DNA of 64,000 nucleotides from Candidatus Methanosuratincola verstraetei (GCA_049570475.1 CP186953.1:448001-512000); one strand, 5' to 3'. Positions 28,440 through 37,843 are shown, counted from the first letter of the stretch. Numbers and translations: made by a program. The notes: generated by a model not told the origin, from the sequence alone.

Positions 28440-28559
28440 AGGACATCCCCTCGAATAATCGCAGGCTGGAAATAAAAACCTGATCCAGCTTTTCGCCGAT
28501 CGAGCCCGCGATATATTGATATTTGTGAGTGGAGTAATGACTCTGCGTGGCAGGGCAAG

Positions 28560-29192
28560 ATGATAATCACCAAGAAGAAACCCTTCGAGACGATCAACGA
28601 GAGCATCAAGCCCTTCAAGAGGGTCTTCATTGTGGGGTGCGGCACGTGCTCCACGGTGTGCCAGACTGGGGGCGAGGCTCAGGCGAAGGAGCTCGCGGAG
28701 AGGATCGGCGGGAAGTGCGCAGGGTACGCCGTCGTCGAGAGCCCCTGCGACATGAGGGTGCTGAGGAGGGACTTGGCGCCGAAGAGGGCTGAGGTCGACT
28801 CGGCGGACGCCATAGTGGCCCTCTGCTGCGGTGCGGGCGCGCAGTCGACGGCTGACTTCACCGGGAAGACTATCATCCCAGGTCTGGACACGCTCTTCAT
28901 CGGCAAGATAGAGAGGATCGGCAGCTTCTACGAGAGGTGCAGGGCATGCACCGACTGCATAATCCTCGAGACCGGGGGGATCTGCCCGTACTCCAGGTGC
29001 GCAAAGGGGCTGCTGAACGGCCCCTGCGGCGGGCAGGTGCAGGGCAAGTGCGAGGTCGGCGGGTACCAGAGGGACTGCGCCTGGGTGCTTGCGTACAACG
29101 CCCTCAAGAAGCAGGAGAGGCTCGATGTCTTCAAGAAGTACAGGCCACCTGCTGACAGGTCGAGGAAGCCCCAGGAGATAGTCACGAGGTAA
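28560..29192 (+). CDS. Methylenetetrahydrofolate reductase small Fe-S/Zn subunit (MTHFR_C, MetV-like)
   Basis: GCGTCSTVCQTGG; ERCRACTDC...GGICP..RCAKGLLNGPCGG...CEV...DCAW. Confidence 0.9.
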   Translation: MIITKKKPFETINESIKPFKRVFIVGCGTCSTVCQTGGEAQAKELAERIGGKCAGYAVVESPCDMRVLRRDLAPKRAEVDSADAIVALCCGAGAQSTADFTGKTIIPGLDTLFIGKIERIGSFYERCRACTDCIILETGGICPYSRCAKGLLNGPCGGQVQGKCEVGGYQRDCAWVLAYNALKKQERLDVFKKYRPPADRSRKPQEIVTR

Positions 29193-29196
29193 GCAG

Positions 29197-30150
29197 GTGG
29201 CACGAATGCGGGAAGCTTTCAGCAGGCTGATCTCGGAGATCCGTTCCGGGAAATTCGTTTATACAGGCGAGATCGCCCCGGGTAAGACGACCAGGGTAGA
29301 AACGCTCATCGAGTCAGCCAAAGCCCTCGGCAGGCACGTGGTGGCATGCAACGTGACGGACAACCCGAGGGCTAGGGCAAACATGAGCAGCCTGGCTGCA
29401 TCTATAGCCGTCCAGGAGAGGGCGGGCGTCGAGGCGATATGCCAGATGACCGCAAGGGACAGGAACCGGATCGCGCTCACCTCTGACCTCCTCGGCGCAT
29501 CTGCCCTCGGTGTGAGGAACGTGCTGGTGATGAGCGGGGACCATCCCTCGTTGGGAGACAACCCCTCTGCGATGCCTGTCTACGACCTCGACTCTGCGCA
29601 GATGGTGGAGCTGGTCAGGAGGATGGTCGACGACGGGACCGATCTGGCGGGGAACAGGATAGACGGGGAGGTGCGGATCCACGTAGGGGTGACCGGGAAC
29701 CCGAACGCCGACCCCCTCGAGGTCGAGATCGCCAAGCTCGAGAGGAAGGCGCAGCTCGGGGCGGAGTTCATTCAGACGCAGGCGGTCTTCGATATCGAGG
29801 TTGCGGAGAGGTTCCTGGAAGCTGTGGATGGCTTCGGGATACCAGTCCTGATAGGGATCCTACCTTGCAGGTCATCCAGGATCGCGGAGCAGATAGCTAA
29901 GAATGTCCCCGGGATAAGGGTGCCGGAGGAATATCTGGGGATGCTGAGGGAAGCCGAAGATCTCAACGATCAGGCTTCAGTGGAAGAGAGGGTCGACCTG
30001 ATGAACGAGGAGTACTTCTCGGGGATGGTGTCCGAGTTGAGGAGGACTGCAAGGCTGGCTGGGGTCCACATCATGGGGGTCGCGTACGGAAGGATCGTGG
30101 GCAGGATAGCGGACGGAGTGGAAAGGAAAATGAGCTGCAGGGTACGGTGA
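29197..30150 (+). CDS. metF: Methylenetetrahydrofolate reductase (FAD)
   Basis: NVTDNP, ARDRNRIAL..DLLGA, SGD, DLDS, GAEFIQTQ.VFD, GVHIM. Confidence 0.9.
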   Translation: MARMREAFSRLISEIRSGKFVYTGEIAPGKTTRVETLIESAKALGRHVVACNVTDNPRARANMSSLAASIAVQERAGVEAICQMTARDRNRIALTSDLLGASALGVRNVLVMSGDHPSLGDNPSAMPVYDLDSAQMVELVRRMVDDGTDLAGNRIDGEVRIHVGVTGNPNADPLEVEIAKLERKAQLGAEFIQTQAVFDIEVAERFLEAVDGFGIPVLIGILPCRSSRIAEQIAKNVPGIRVPEEYLGMLREAEDLNDQASVEERVDLMNEEYFSGMVSELRRTARLAGVHIMGVAYGRIVGRIADGVERKMSCRVR

Positions 30151-30155
30151 TATGC

Positions 30156-31133
30156 ATGGGCAATCTGAACGTAGCCGTTCTGGGGAAGCCGGGGTTTGGC
30201 GCCGGGCTGGGGAAGAAGGGGACAGCCAGCGACATCACATTCTACAACCTGAAGAGGGGCGAGGACACAGTAACATTCATAGAGCCCACGAAGTACCCGG
30301 AGAGGCTGGCCCCGCTCTTCTATGCGGTCTCGATCGCAAAGATGGCTATCCTGGTTGTGGAGAAGATAGACGCAGCATTCGGGGAGACCGCGCTCATGCT
30401 GGACTCCGCAGGGGTTGGCAAGGGACTCATTGTCTTGGCAGGCGCCCCCAAGGAGAAGGTTGCGCAGCTCGTCAAGGGGACGCTGGTGGAGAGATACGAG
30501 TTCTTTGAGGGTGACGTCAACGGGCTGAGGGAGAAAATGGTCAGCATGGCCTCGCAGGCAACGTGCGATCCACAGGAGGGCAATGAAGGGGGATGCGTGG
30601 CGGTCGATCATGCATTCAACGTCAAGGGTACAGGCACGGTGGTGCTGGGGACGGTCATGCAGGGGACGGTCAGGAGGCATGATACGCTTAGGGCCATGCC
30701 TGGCGGCAAGATTGCGCAGGTGAGGTCGATTCAGAAGCACGACGACGACTTTGAAACAGCGTCTGAGGGGGACAGAGTCGGGCTCGCTCTCAAAGGGGTC
30801 CAGCCAGAGGACTTGGAACGCGGCTGCATACTGACGAGCAATGCGTCATTGACTTCGACCAAGGAGATCGCAACCAAGGCAGAGGTGCACAAGTACTGGA
30901 CAGAGCCGCTCGAGGCTGGGATGGTCGTCCACCTTGGGCACTGGATGCAGTTCGTGCCAGGGAAGATCGAGGCGGTGAATGCAAAAGGTGATTGTAGAGA
31001 ACCTGAGATCAAGCTTTCCCTTGGGAAGGAGATAGCATTCCTCCCTGGATCCCAAGGTGTGTTGATGCGTCTTGAGGGCGGGAAGCTGAGGGTCGTGGGC
31101 AAGGTTGGCTTGCCAAAGGGCATTGTGGCATGA
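30156..31133 (+). CDS. Archaeal SelB-like / EF-Tu domain 2 protein with a degenerate G domain
   Basis: LGKKGT.SDIT.Y N-terminus; DHAFNVKGTGTVVLG and VRSIQKHD...GDRVGLALK EF-Tu domain II; no GxxxxGKT P-loop. Confidence 0.85.
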   Translation: MGNLNVAVLGKPGFGAGLGKKGTASDITFYNLKRGEDTVTFIEPTKYPERLAPLFYAVSIAKMAILVVEKIDAAFGETALMLDSAGVGKGLIVLAGAPKEKVAQLVKGTLVERYEFFEGDVNGLREKMVSMASQATCDPQEGNEGGCVAVDHAFNVKGTGTVVLGTVMQGTVRRHDTLRAMPGGKIAQVRSIQKHDDDFETASEGDRVGLALKGVQPEDLERGCILTSNASLTSTKEIATKAEVHKYWTEPLEAGMVVHLGHWMQFVPGKIEAVNAKGDCREPEIKLSLGKEIAFLPGSQGVLMRLEGGKLRVVGKVGLPKGIVA

Positions 31134-31280
31134 TTGAAATGAAATAACGCCCGTATTATGATAAAGATCACGATTATTAGCGACGTGACGATTGGGCGAA
31201 AGCCGCAAAAACCGATCTTCATTCTGATCCGTGATTCTTGATTGGGATCCCAGAGGGCATTAATGGCGAGTTTGGTACAA

Positions 31281-31376
31281 TGGTGGGCCCGTCCGGACTC
31301 GAACCGGAGACCTCCGCCGTGTGAGGGCGACTTTAGGCCTTTTTCAGGTGTCCTAACCAGACTAGACTACGGGCCC
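31281..31376 (-). tRNA. tRNA-Val(CAC) with an 18-nt non-canonical intron (31332-31349, position 25/26), CCA encoded
   Basis: Cloverleaf restored by removing ACCTGAAAAAGGCCTAAA; TAGG/CCTA central helix with 3-nt bulges. Confidence 0.9.
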
Positions 31377-31412
31377 GCCCTGTTTAGGGTGGTTCAAAAA
31401 ACTTACTTAAGC

Positions 31413-31574
31413 TTAGCGCTTCAGCTCGCGCCGCTTCGGTCGCAGTTCCTTGCTCCGGCACCTTCTGCATTTTTCAGATGACATAGGGTTCCTGGCGCCG
31501 CACTTCCTGCATATCTTCAGGTAGAGCAGGTGCTTCTGAGCCAGCTGCTGCTTTTCTGGATCTTGGATGGGCAT
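31413..31574 (-). CDS. rpl40e: 50S ribosomal protein L40e (not in ORF track)
   Basis: Manual translation MPIQDPEKQQLAQKHLLYLKICRKCGARNPMSSEKCRRCRSKELRPKRRELKR*. Confidence 0.95.
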   Translation of the reverse strand: MPIQDPEKQQLAQKHLLYLKICRKCGARNPMSSEKCRRCRSKELRPKRRELKR

Positions 31575-31613
31575 TGACGACCACCGTTTTTAATCCATAC
31601 ACAGGGATCTCAA

Positions 31614-32105
31614 TTATAAATTTTTCCACGGGCGCTTTATCGACGAGATCACGACGTGGGAGGAGGTAGAGATCACCCCGTCTATGCCCGAGACCTCCCC
31701 GAGGAACCGGTCCAGCTGTGCCTGCGGCACGATCGCTACAAGGTCTATCTCTCCGGTCACCCTGTAGACATCGAGCGCCGGCAGCGCCCGGATCTTCTCG
31801 TAGACGGACTCCCTCTTCGGCGGGTTGATCTTCAGGAATACGAATGCCTCGGCAGTTTCCAAGCCCAATACCCTCAGCGCGTCCTCGGTCAGGTCGATGA
31901 AACCCCTCCCAGTCCTGATCAGCCCTGCGTCCCTGAGCTTACGGAGGTGGATGTTCAGCGCCTGCCTGGTCAAGCCCAGGCGTTTTGCGAGGTCTATCTG
32001 CCTCTTCCTTGTAGTGAAGACGCTCGCCTGCTCGCTCATCTCGAAGAGCATCCTGAGGATCTCAATCTGCCTGTCGGTGAGAGGCGGTCCCTCAATTTTT
32101 GTCAA
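31614..32105 (-). CDS. Lrp/AsnC family transcriptional regulator
   Basis: N-terminal HTH (LAKRLGLTRQALNIHLRKL) and C-terminal RAM domain (YRVTGEIDLV). Confidence 0.88.
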   Translation of the reverse strand: MTKIEGPPLTDRQIEILRMLFEMSEQASVFTTRKRQIDLAKRLGLTRQALNIHLRKLRDAGLIRTGRGFIDLTEDALRVLGLETAEAFVFLKINPPKRESVYEKIRALPALDVYRVTGEIDLVAIVPQAQLDRFLGEVSGIDGVISTSSHVVISSIKRPWKNL

Positions 32106-32234
32106 AGTGAACCCCTTGGCTTTACATTTGAAAATTAGCTTTTAATAAAGCTTAGCTGTTAACTGACCAAAATATATTTATTTAAGAAATAAATAAACCC
32201 ATTAGCCATTTTGATCAACGTTGGGGGAGACCGG

Positions 32235-32513
32235 TTGTCACAAGAGAATGCGATACTGATCGGCAAGAAGCCGCCTATGAGCTACGTACTTGCCTGCCTC
32301 ACAGCATTCCACGAGGGTGCGGACGAGGTAGTGATCAAGGCACGCGGCAGGCCGATCAGCACTGCAGTCGATGTTGCGGAGATTGTGAGGAGGAAGTTCA
32401 TGCCTTCGGCGTCGATCAGCGAAGTCACAATCGGGACCGAGGAGATCCAGCTCAGGGAAGGGGGGGTCAAGAGGACCAGCTCCATTACCATAAAGATGAG
32501 GAGGAAGAAGTGA
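32235..32513 (+). CDS. albA: DNA/RNA-binding protein Alba
   Basis: IGKKPPMSYVLA, IKARGR.IS.AVDVAE; TTG start after GGGGAG. Confidence 0.95.
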   Translation: MSQENAILIGKKPPMSYVLACLTAFHEGADEVVIKARGRPISTAVDVAEIVRRKFMPSASISEVTIGTEEIQLREGGVKRTSSITIKMRRKK

Positions 32514-32523
32514 GGCGTTTCTT

Positions 32524-33021
32524 TTGAAGACCCCAATCTGCTATTTCTGCGCCAAGAGCGGAGTCCTGTGCCCCAGGTGCCAGGAGAAGCTGGATAAAGG
32601 AGAGATAACCCAAGCGGACGTAGAGGTCTCCAAGTGGTTCATAGACCTCGAGGCAAAGAACCCCCAGCTCAAAGAATACTCCATCCTGAGGACGGTCAAG
32701 CTGCCCAACATGGTTATAGTGATGGTGAGCGGCAGCAGCAACAAGGCCCTGCTCTCGAAGGTCAGCAAGCAGCTGAGCGACGAGAAGAGGACGAGCGTAA
32801 GGATCGTAGAGAAGACCTCGAGCATAAAGCGGCTGCTCGAGCAGATCGTGACGCCCGCCAGGGTAATGGGCGCAAACACAGTGTGGCTCCCGGACGGCAG
32901 CTGGGAGAGCACGATCAAGATGCCCAAATCGGATATGAGGAAGATGCCGGTCGACCCGAAGTCAGCCGAAGAGGCAATCAGGATACTGACCGGAGAGGTA
33001 GTCCACATAGTCTTCGAGTGA
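32524..33021 (+). CDS. Archaeal NusA-like protein with an N-terminal Zn finger
   Basis: PICYFCAKSGVLCPRC, then a KH-like region with NTVWLPDG; usual position upstream of aspS. Confidence 0.8.
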   Translation: MKTPICYFCAKSGVLCPRCQEKLDKGEITQADVEVSKWFIDLEAKNPQLKEYSILRTVKLPNMVIVMVSGSSNKALLSKVSKQLSDEKRTSVRIVEKTSSIKRLLEQIVTPARVMGANTVWLPDGSWESTIKMPKSDMRKMPVDPKSAEEAIRILTGEVVHIVFE

Positions 33022-33085
33022 TTGTGCGGCAGCACTAAGCTTTTTACACCGCCGGTTCAAATCGTTTTGAGGCGAGGTGCGACAC

Positions 33086-34405
33086 ATGTCGATCAGGACT
33101 CACTACGCAGCTCAAGTCAAGCCCGAGGACGAAGGAAAAGAAGTCACAGTTGCAGGTTGGGTGCACAAGATAAGGGACCTCGGGAAGCTCAAGTTCATAG
33201 TGCTGAGGGACAGGACTGGCATTCTCCAAGTAACGCTCAAGAAAGGTAGCGTTGACGAGAGCATGATCTCACTAGCGGAGAAGTTGAGGGAGGAGGATGT
33301 CATCTTGATCACAGGGGCTGTCAAGGCGACAAGGATAGCGCCCGGGGGGAGGGAGCTCGTACCTTCCAGAATCGAGGTCGTCAACAAGACCCTGGAGCCA
33401 GTCCCAGTCTCGGTATCTGGGAAGATCGAGTCGAACCTGGACACGAGGCTAGACCACAGGGTGCTGGACCTGCGCCGCCCAGAGGTCGCCGCTGTCTTCA
33501 GGGTGCAGTCAAAGCTCCTCGAGGGGATGCAGGAGTACCTCTGGAAGGAAGGCTTCCAGCAGGTTTTCACCCCGTGCCTGATGGGCGCAGCATCCGAGAG
33601 CGGAGCCGAGGTCTTCCCCGTAGTTTACTTCAACAAGAGCGCTTTCCTGAGGCAGGACCCGCAGCTCCACAGGCAGCTGGCGGTGATCTCGGGGATGGAC
33701 CGCATTTACGACCTGGGGCCGAGCTGGAGGGCCGAGCTGAGCCATACGCCGAGGCACCTATGCGAGCACAGGGGGTGCGCGGTTGAGCTCGGCTTCATCA
33801 GGGACGAGTATGAAGTAATGAGGATCGAGGAGGGGCTCGTCAGGAGCGGCGTCGCAAAAGTCGTGAGCGATTGCAAGGAGGAGCTCGAGTTGCTGGGAAA
33901 GGAGATCAGTGTCCCCCAGGCGCCGTTCCCAGAGATCAAATTCCCTGAAGTCTACGCCATACTCGAGGAGTATGGGAAGAAAATACCCTACGGGGAAGAC
34001 TACGACAGGGAGTCGGAGGCAATACTGGCAAGGCATATCAAGGAGAAGCATGGGTCGGACTTCTTCTTCGTGAACCGCTTCCCGTTCAGGGTCAAGCCTT
34101 TCTACGTGATGAGGGTGGACGAGGATCCGACCTGGGCCAGGAGCGTCGATCTGGTCTGCAAAGGGCTGGAGCTGAGCTCAGGGGGGCAGAGGGAGCACAG
34201 GTACGATAGGATAATCGGGCAGATAAAGGAGAAGGGCATGAGCACGGTCGGGCTCAAGTGGTTCACCGAGTTCTTCAAGTATGGCGCCCCGCCCCACGGT
34301 GGATTCAACATTGGGATAGAGCGGCTCACGATGCAGCTTCTGGATCTGCAAAATGTGCAGGAGGCCTCGCTCTTCCCGAGGACGCCTGAGAGGCTGCTTC
34401 CTTGA
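33086..34405 (+). CDS. aspS: Aspartyl-tRNA synthetase, probably non-discriminating
   Basis: OB fold GWVHKIRDLG...APGG (His/Pro typical of ND enzymes), motif 2 WRAE.SHT.RH, motif 3 GAPPHGGF.IGIER. Confidence 0.95.
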   Translation: MSIRTHYAAQVKPEDEGKEVTVAGWVHKIRDLGKLKFIVLRDRTGILQVTLKKGSVDESMISLAEKLREEDVILITGAVKATRIAPGGRELVPSRIEVVNKTLEPVPVSVSGKIESNLDTRLDHRVLDLRRPEVAAVFRVQSKLLEGMQEYLWKEGFQQVFTPCLMGAASESGAEVFPVVYFNKSAFLRQDPQLHRQLAVISGMDRIYDLGPSWRAELSHTPRHLCEHRGCAVELGFIRDEYEVMRIEEGLVRSGVAKVVSDCKEELELLGKEISVPQAPFPEIKFPEVYAILEEYGKKIPYGEDYDRESEAILARHIKEKHGSDFFFVNRFPFRVKPFYVMRVDEDPTWARSVDLVCKGLELSSGGQREHRYDRIIGQIKEKGMSTVGLKWFTEFFKYGAPPHGGFNIGIERLTMQLLDLQNVQEASLFPRTPERLLP

Positions 34406-34442
34406 TCTTGGCTTGAATTGCCGCGGCGGATGCGGGTCGGGA

Positions 34443-35756
34443 TCAGAAGCCGGATTCGGCAGGGTCCTCAGGCTTCATGATCTCTCTCAGCACCATTGTG
34501 GCGAAGCACCCCTTGGGGAGGGTCATGCGCAGGGCGACCTTGAAGGATCCGGGGTTCAGATCGTCCACCTGGGGCTGACCAATCTCGAAGCTGACGGGCC
34601 AGAAGACCGCAGGGCGCATCGCCCCCTCGAAATTGGATTCACTGATCTTCGCGAAGTCTTTTTGTGAAATGCCCTCCCTCGAGAATATCTCCGTGTAGAT
34701 TTCTGCGTCGATTCCGCTCAGCCGTGTCCTGAACCCGGGGATGTGGACCATCACGACAGCCTTCTTCGACGCCACCCATGAACGCAGCCTCGAAAGGTTT
34801 GTGCAATCGCACCTGATTGGCCTTGAGGGCAGGTTAGCCTTGTCAAGGGGTGAGACGAGGTCGCCCTCAGAGACGTCGAATGGTCCTGCCTCCTCCAGCC
34901 TCCGCGAGAGTGCCAGGTTGAAGAGGTAAGACTGGTATGCATTCACGAAGAGCCTCCTCAGGTCGCCCGGCAGGGCCAATAATGCGCCCTTGTAGTCTCC
35001 AGGTCGCTCCAAGAGCCTCCTAATTACCGCCCTTTCGAGGCCGAGCGACATCGGGAACGAGGACTCGGCCCTCCGCAGGTCCCAGCTATCCCTCAGATCT
35101 TTCCTTGCCAAGAACGCATCCTCTGGCTCCCCGGGATAGGGAGAGGAAAGGAACTCCTTGACAGCCCCTTCGAAGTCCCCCTTGATCAGGAGCTTCCCGA
35201 CCCTGTGCGTGTTCGGCCTGGTGACCCCGAACCTCTGGTGCCCGAAGTAATTTGGCACCCACCCGGGGCGCAGTGCCGATCCGTCGGGAGGGCTTTGGAT
35301 CGCCCGTATGACGATCGTGAAGCGGTTCCCCAGCAGATCCCCAGGCCTCACCTGCCATCTTGCAGGCCCGATGACCCTGATGCTCACGCCGTCTATGTCT
35401 GAGGGGGGGATCCATGAGACCAAAGGCAGCCCGACTGAGATGAGCTGGTAGGTCACGGCGCTCCTGTCCTTTATGCCCGCATACCCTATCTGAGCGCCCA
35501 ACCTCCGCTCTAGCATGGAGACGAGCGGGATGAGATCTCTGGACCGCTTCTCGAGCACCGCGAGCGAGAAATCCCCCTCGCCGCGATTGAGGCGTTCCAG
35601 ATCCTTGTTGACGACAAATCCCTCGGGCGTTATCTCCTCGACGATGAAGTCTTCTGGCACCTGCCTGAGCCTCCCGCCGATCGGCGGGGCATCGGTGGAG
35701 TAGTAGATCATTCCGAGGTCGGACTCTAGGCGTGACCTTGTCTTGGGCAGTTTCAT
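34443..35756 (-). CDS. truD: tRNA pseudouridine(13) synthase
   Basis: EDFIVEE, YAGIKD, GNRFTI, PNYFGHQRFG, AYQSYLFN, LPKG.FAT.VLRE. Confidence 0.95.
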   Translation of the reverse strand: MKLPKTRSRLESDLGMIYYSTDAPPIGGRLRQVPEDFIVEEITPEGFVVNKDLERLNRGEGDFSLAVLEKRSRDLIPLVSMLERRLGAQIGYAGIKDRSAVTYQLISVGLPLVSWIPPSDIDGVSIRVIGPARWQVRPGDLLGNRFTIVIRAIQSPPDGSALRPGWVPNYFGHQRFGVTRPNTHRVGKLLIKGDFEGAVKEFLSSPYPGEPEDAFLARKDLRDSWDLRRAESSFPMSLGLERAVIRRLLERPGDYKGALLALPGDLRRLFVNAYQSYLFNLALSRRLEEAGPFDVSEGDLVSPLDKANLPSRPIRCDCTNLSRLRSWVASKKAVVMVHIPGFRTRLSGIDAEIYTEIFSREGISQKDFAKISESNFEGAMRPAVFWPVSFEIGQPQVDDLNPGSFKVALRMTLPKGCFATMVLREIMKPEDPAESGF

Positions 35757-35767
35757 TTTTTTGATCC

Positions 35768-36127
35768 TCAGAGCAGCTTCAGCTTTCCGGTTATGCGGTC
35801 GATGTCCTCGGAGGGCGCAGGCCCTATCCCGAGGCACGTGACAGTCCCTGGCTCCAGCTCAGTCAGGCCTGCATCCTGGATCAGTGCGTTTGGGACCCGC
35901 TCCCTGTCAGCCCTTTCCTTGAGTTCGAGGACTTCGCTGAGGGACGGGGCCTTCAGCACGACCTTCTTCTGCCCCTCCTCAAGCCAAGCCTCTGCCCAGA
36001 TCGGCCTAGCCCTTGCTGCACTGAGGTATGAAGAGACGGAGGCGTGGGCTACCTGGGCAGCGGTCTTCCCCTTGCTCATCTTCAGATCCTGGCGCACCAC
36101 GATAGCCTGCTTGTACTGGAAGCGCAT
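35768..36127 (-). CDS. pth2: Peptidyl-tRNA hydrolase Pth2
   Basis: KQAIVVR.DL.MSKGK.AAQVAHA, DAGLTE, GIGP. Confidence 0.96.
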   Translation of the reverse strand: MRFQYKQAIVVRQDLKMSKGKTAAQVAHASVSSYLSAARARPIWAEAWLEEGQKKVVLKAPSLSEVLELKERADRERVPNALIQDAGLTELEPGTVTCLGIGPAPSEDIDRITGKLKLL

Positions 36128-36184
36128 ACAGATGCACGGATTTTTTAAAATGCTGGAGTGTAAAAAGGATATCGAGGGAAAAAG

Positions 36185-37282
36185 TTGAGGGATCTCCTTG
36201 TTGTTGGGGGCGGGCCCGCAGGGCTCTCTGCCGCAATAGAGGCTGCAAGGCTCGGCGTTGAGGTGGAGGTTCTGGAGGAGCACGCCGAGGTCGGCATCCC
36301 GGAGCACTGCGCCGGGCTCGTCAGCCTGAAGGGGCTGCAGGAGATAATTGGGTCAGGTGCACCGATAATCAGGGAGATCAGGGGGTTCAGGGTCTATTCC
36401 CCTTCAGGGAAGGCATACACTGTCAAGGGGGAAGAGGCGAAGGCTGCAGTCATTGACAGGCCGGCATTCGAGAGGGAGCTCCTCCGGAGGGCGGAGGCAA
36501 GCGGGGTCACAGTCACCCTCGGCGAGCGGTTCAGGGGGGACGAGAGGTTCATGGTCCTGATCAATGCAGAGGGGACGGCTGGAAGGGTGTCCAAGAGGAT
36601 CGGCTTGGGGGTCCCTGAGTCCATCCCTGCCGCGCAGCTTGACCTGGAGACCCCGGATTTTGACGACGATCTGGTGGAGATATACCTAGGCAGCCTCGCG
36701 CCTGGATTCTTCGCTTGGGCGGTGCCTAGGAGGGACGGCGTCAGGGTTGGGCTCGCTGCGCGCGGGGTGGTGCCGCTGAGATCGCTGGAGATTCTGCTCG
36801 ATAAATTCAGGCCTTGGAGGAGGTTCTCAGGGGCCAGGAGGTCTGCGCCTATATTTGGGAAGGTAGTAATTGGGGGGCCGCTTAATGTGGCACACAGGGG
36901 GAGTGCGGTTGCAATCGGAGACGCCGGGGGTTTTGTTAAGCCGACGACCGGCGGCGGGGTCGTCCTTGGCTGCCTCACTGCGAGGATTGCAGCCAGGGCT
37001 GCGTGCAGATTCCTGTCAGGGGGAGGGGACCTGAGTTCTTTCGAAAAGGCATGGAAGAGTTCTTACGGGCTGGATTTCGCGCTGATGAGGCTGGCTAGAT
37101 CGATTTACAACAGGATGGATGCTAGCGAGGTCGACAGTGCCCTTGAAGCACTCTACTCAAGCGGGGCGCTGAAGGGCGCAATCCAGCATGACATGGACCT
37201 GCAAGGGAAGGCGCTCTGGAGGCTGGCTAGGTCAAGGATGTTCTTAAGGATCGTGCCCGCCGCGGTGAGGGCAATCTTATGA
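36185..37282 (+). CDS. Geranylgeranyl reductase family FAD oxidoreductase
   Basis: VGGGPAG, P.HCAG, PGFFAW..P, GDAGG.VKP.TGGG. Confidence 0.88.
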   Translation: MRDLLVVGGGPAGLSAAIEAARLGVEVEVLEEHAEVGIPEHCAGLVSLKGLQEIIGSGAPIIREIRGFRVYSPSGKAYTVKGEEAKAAVIDRPAFERELLRRAEASGVTVTLGERFRGDERFMVLINAEGTAGRVSKRIGLGVPESIPAAQLDLETPDFDDDLVEIYLGSLAPGFFAWAVPRRDGVRVGLAARGVVPLRSLEILLDKFRPWRRFSGARRSAPIFGKVVIGGPLNVAHRGSAVAIGDAGGFVKPTTGGGVVLGCLTARIAARAACRFLSGGGDLSSFEKAWKSSYGLDFALMRLARSIYNRMDASEVDSALEALYSSGALKGAIQHDMDLQGKALWRLARSRMFLRIVPAAVRAIL

Positions 37283-37365
37283 CGCCGCTCGGCCTTGAGG
37301 GCTGCATTTTGGCAATACTTTATATATGAGCGGACTTCTTTTTCATCTTACTTTGGTGGAGATCA

Positions 37366-37542
37366 ATGAGCGAGCTCGAGTTGCCTACCTGTGTTTCCTG
37401 CAAAGAGCCGATACTCCCAGACCAGAAGGGAGTCAGGCTGCCCTGCCCGAACTGCGGCGAGGTAGTCTTCTGGAGGTGCAGGAGGTGCAGGGACTTGGTG
37501 AACAACTACAAGTGCCCGAAGTGCGGCTTCCAAGGGCCATGA
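37366..37542 (+). CDS. Small Zn-ribbon protein (DUF1610/HVO_2753 family; not in ORF track)
   Basis: Manual translation MSELELPTCVSCKEPILPDQKGVRLPCPNCGEVVFWRCRRCRDLVNNYKCPKCGFQGP*; conserved position upstream of EF-1beta. Confidence 0.92.
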   Translation: MSELELPTCVSCKEPILPDQKGVRLPCPNCGEVVFWRCRRCRDLVNNYKCPKCGFQGP

Positions 37543-37552
37543 GGGGGGTTGG

Positions 37553-37843
37553 TTGATCGTGTCCAAGCTTCTTGCTGTGATCAAGATTCTTCCCGAGGAC
37601 GATTCCGTGAGCCTCGACAAGCTCAAGGACGATCTGAAGGCTGCGCTCCCCAAGGGGGAGAAAGACCTGTACGTCCACAAGTTCCAGGAGGAGGAGATAG
37701 CCTTCGGGCTGAAGGCACTGAAGGTGTTCGTCATAATGCCCGGGGATTATTCAGGCGGGACGCAGCCTGTCGAGGATGCATTCGCGGCGGTAAAGGGAGT
37801 CGGGCAGGTGGACGTTGAGATAGTCCAGACGCTGCCCGGTTGA
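37553..37843 (+). CDS. ef1b: Elongation factor 1-beta
   Basis: KILPED, EEIAFGLKAL; start may be GTG 37559. Confidence 0.93.
   Translation: MIVSKLLAVIKILPEDDSVSLDKLKDDLKAALPKGEKDLYVHKFQEEEIAFGLKALKVFVIMPGDYSGGTQPVEDAFAAVKGVGQVDVEIVQTLPG

Noticed and set aside
27421-28446. 341-aa ORF as a single fused MobA protein
   Set aside because: The first about 124 codons overlap the 122-aa gene in another frame; MobA homology begins at TTG 28074
30156-31240. Selenocysteine machinery (true SelB plus SECIS)
   Set aside because: The protein lacks the GTPase P-loop; no in-frame TGA selenoprotein or tRNA-Sec seen in the window
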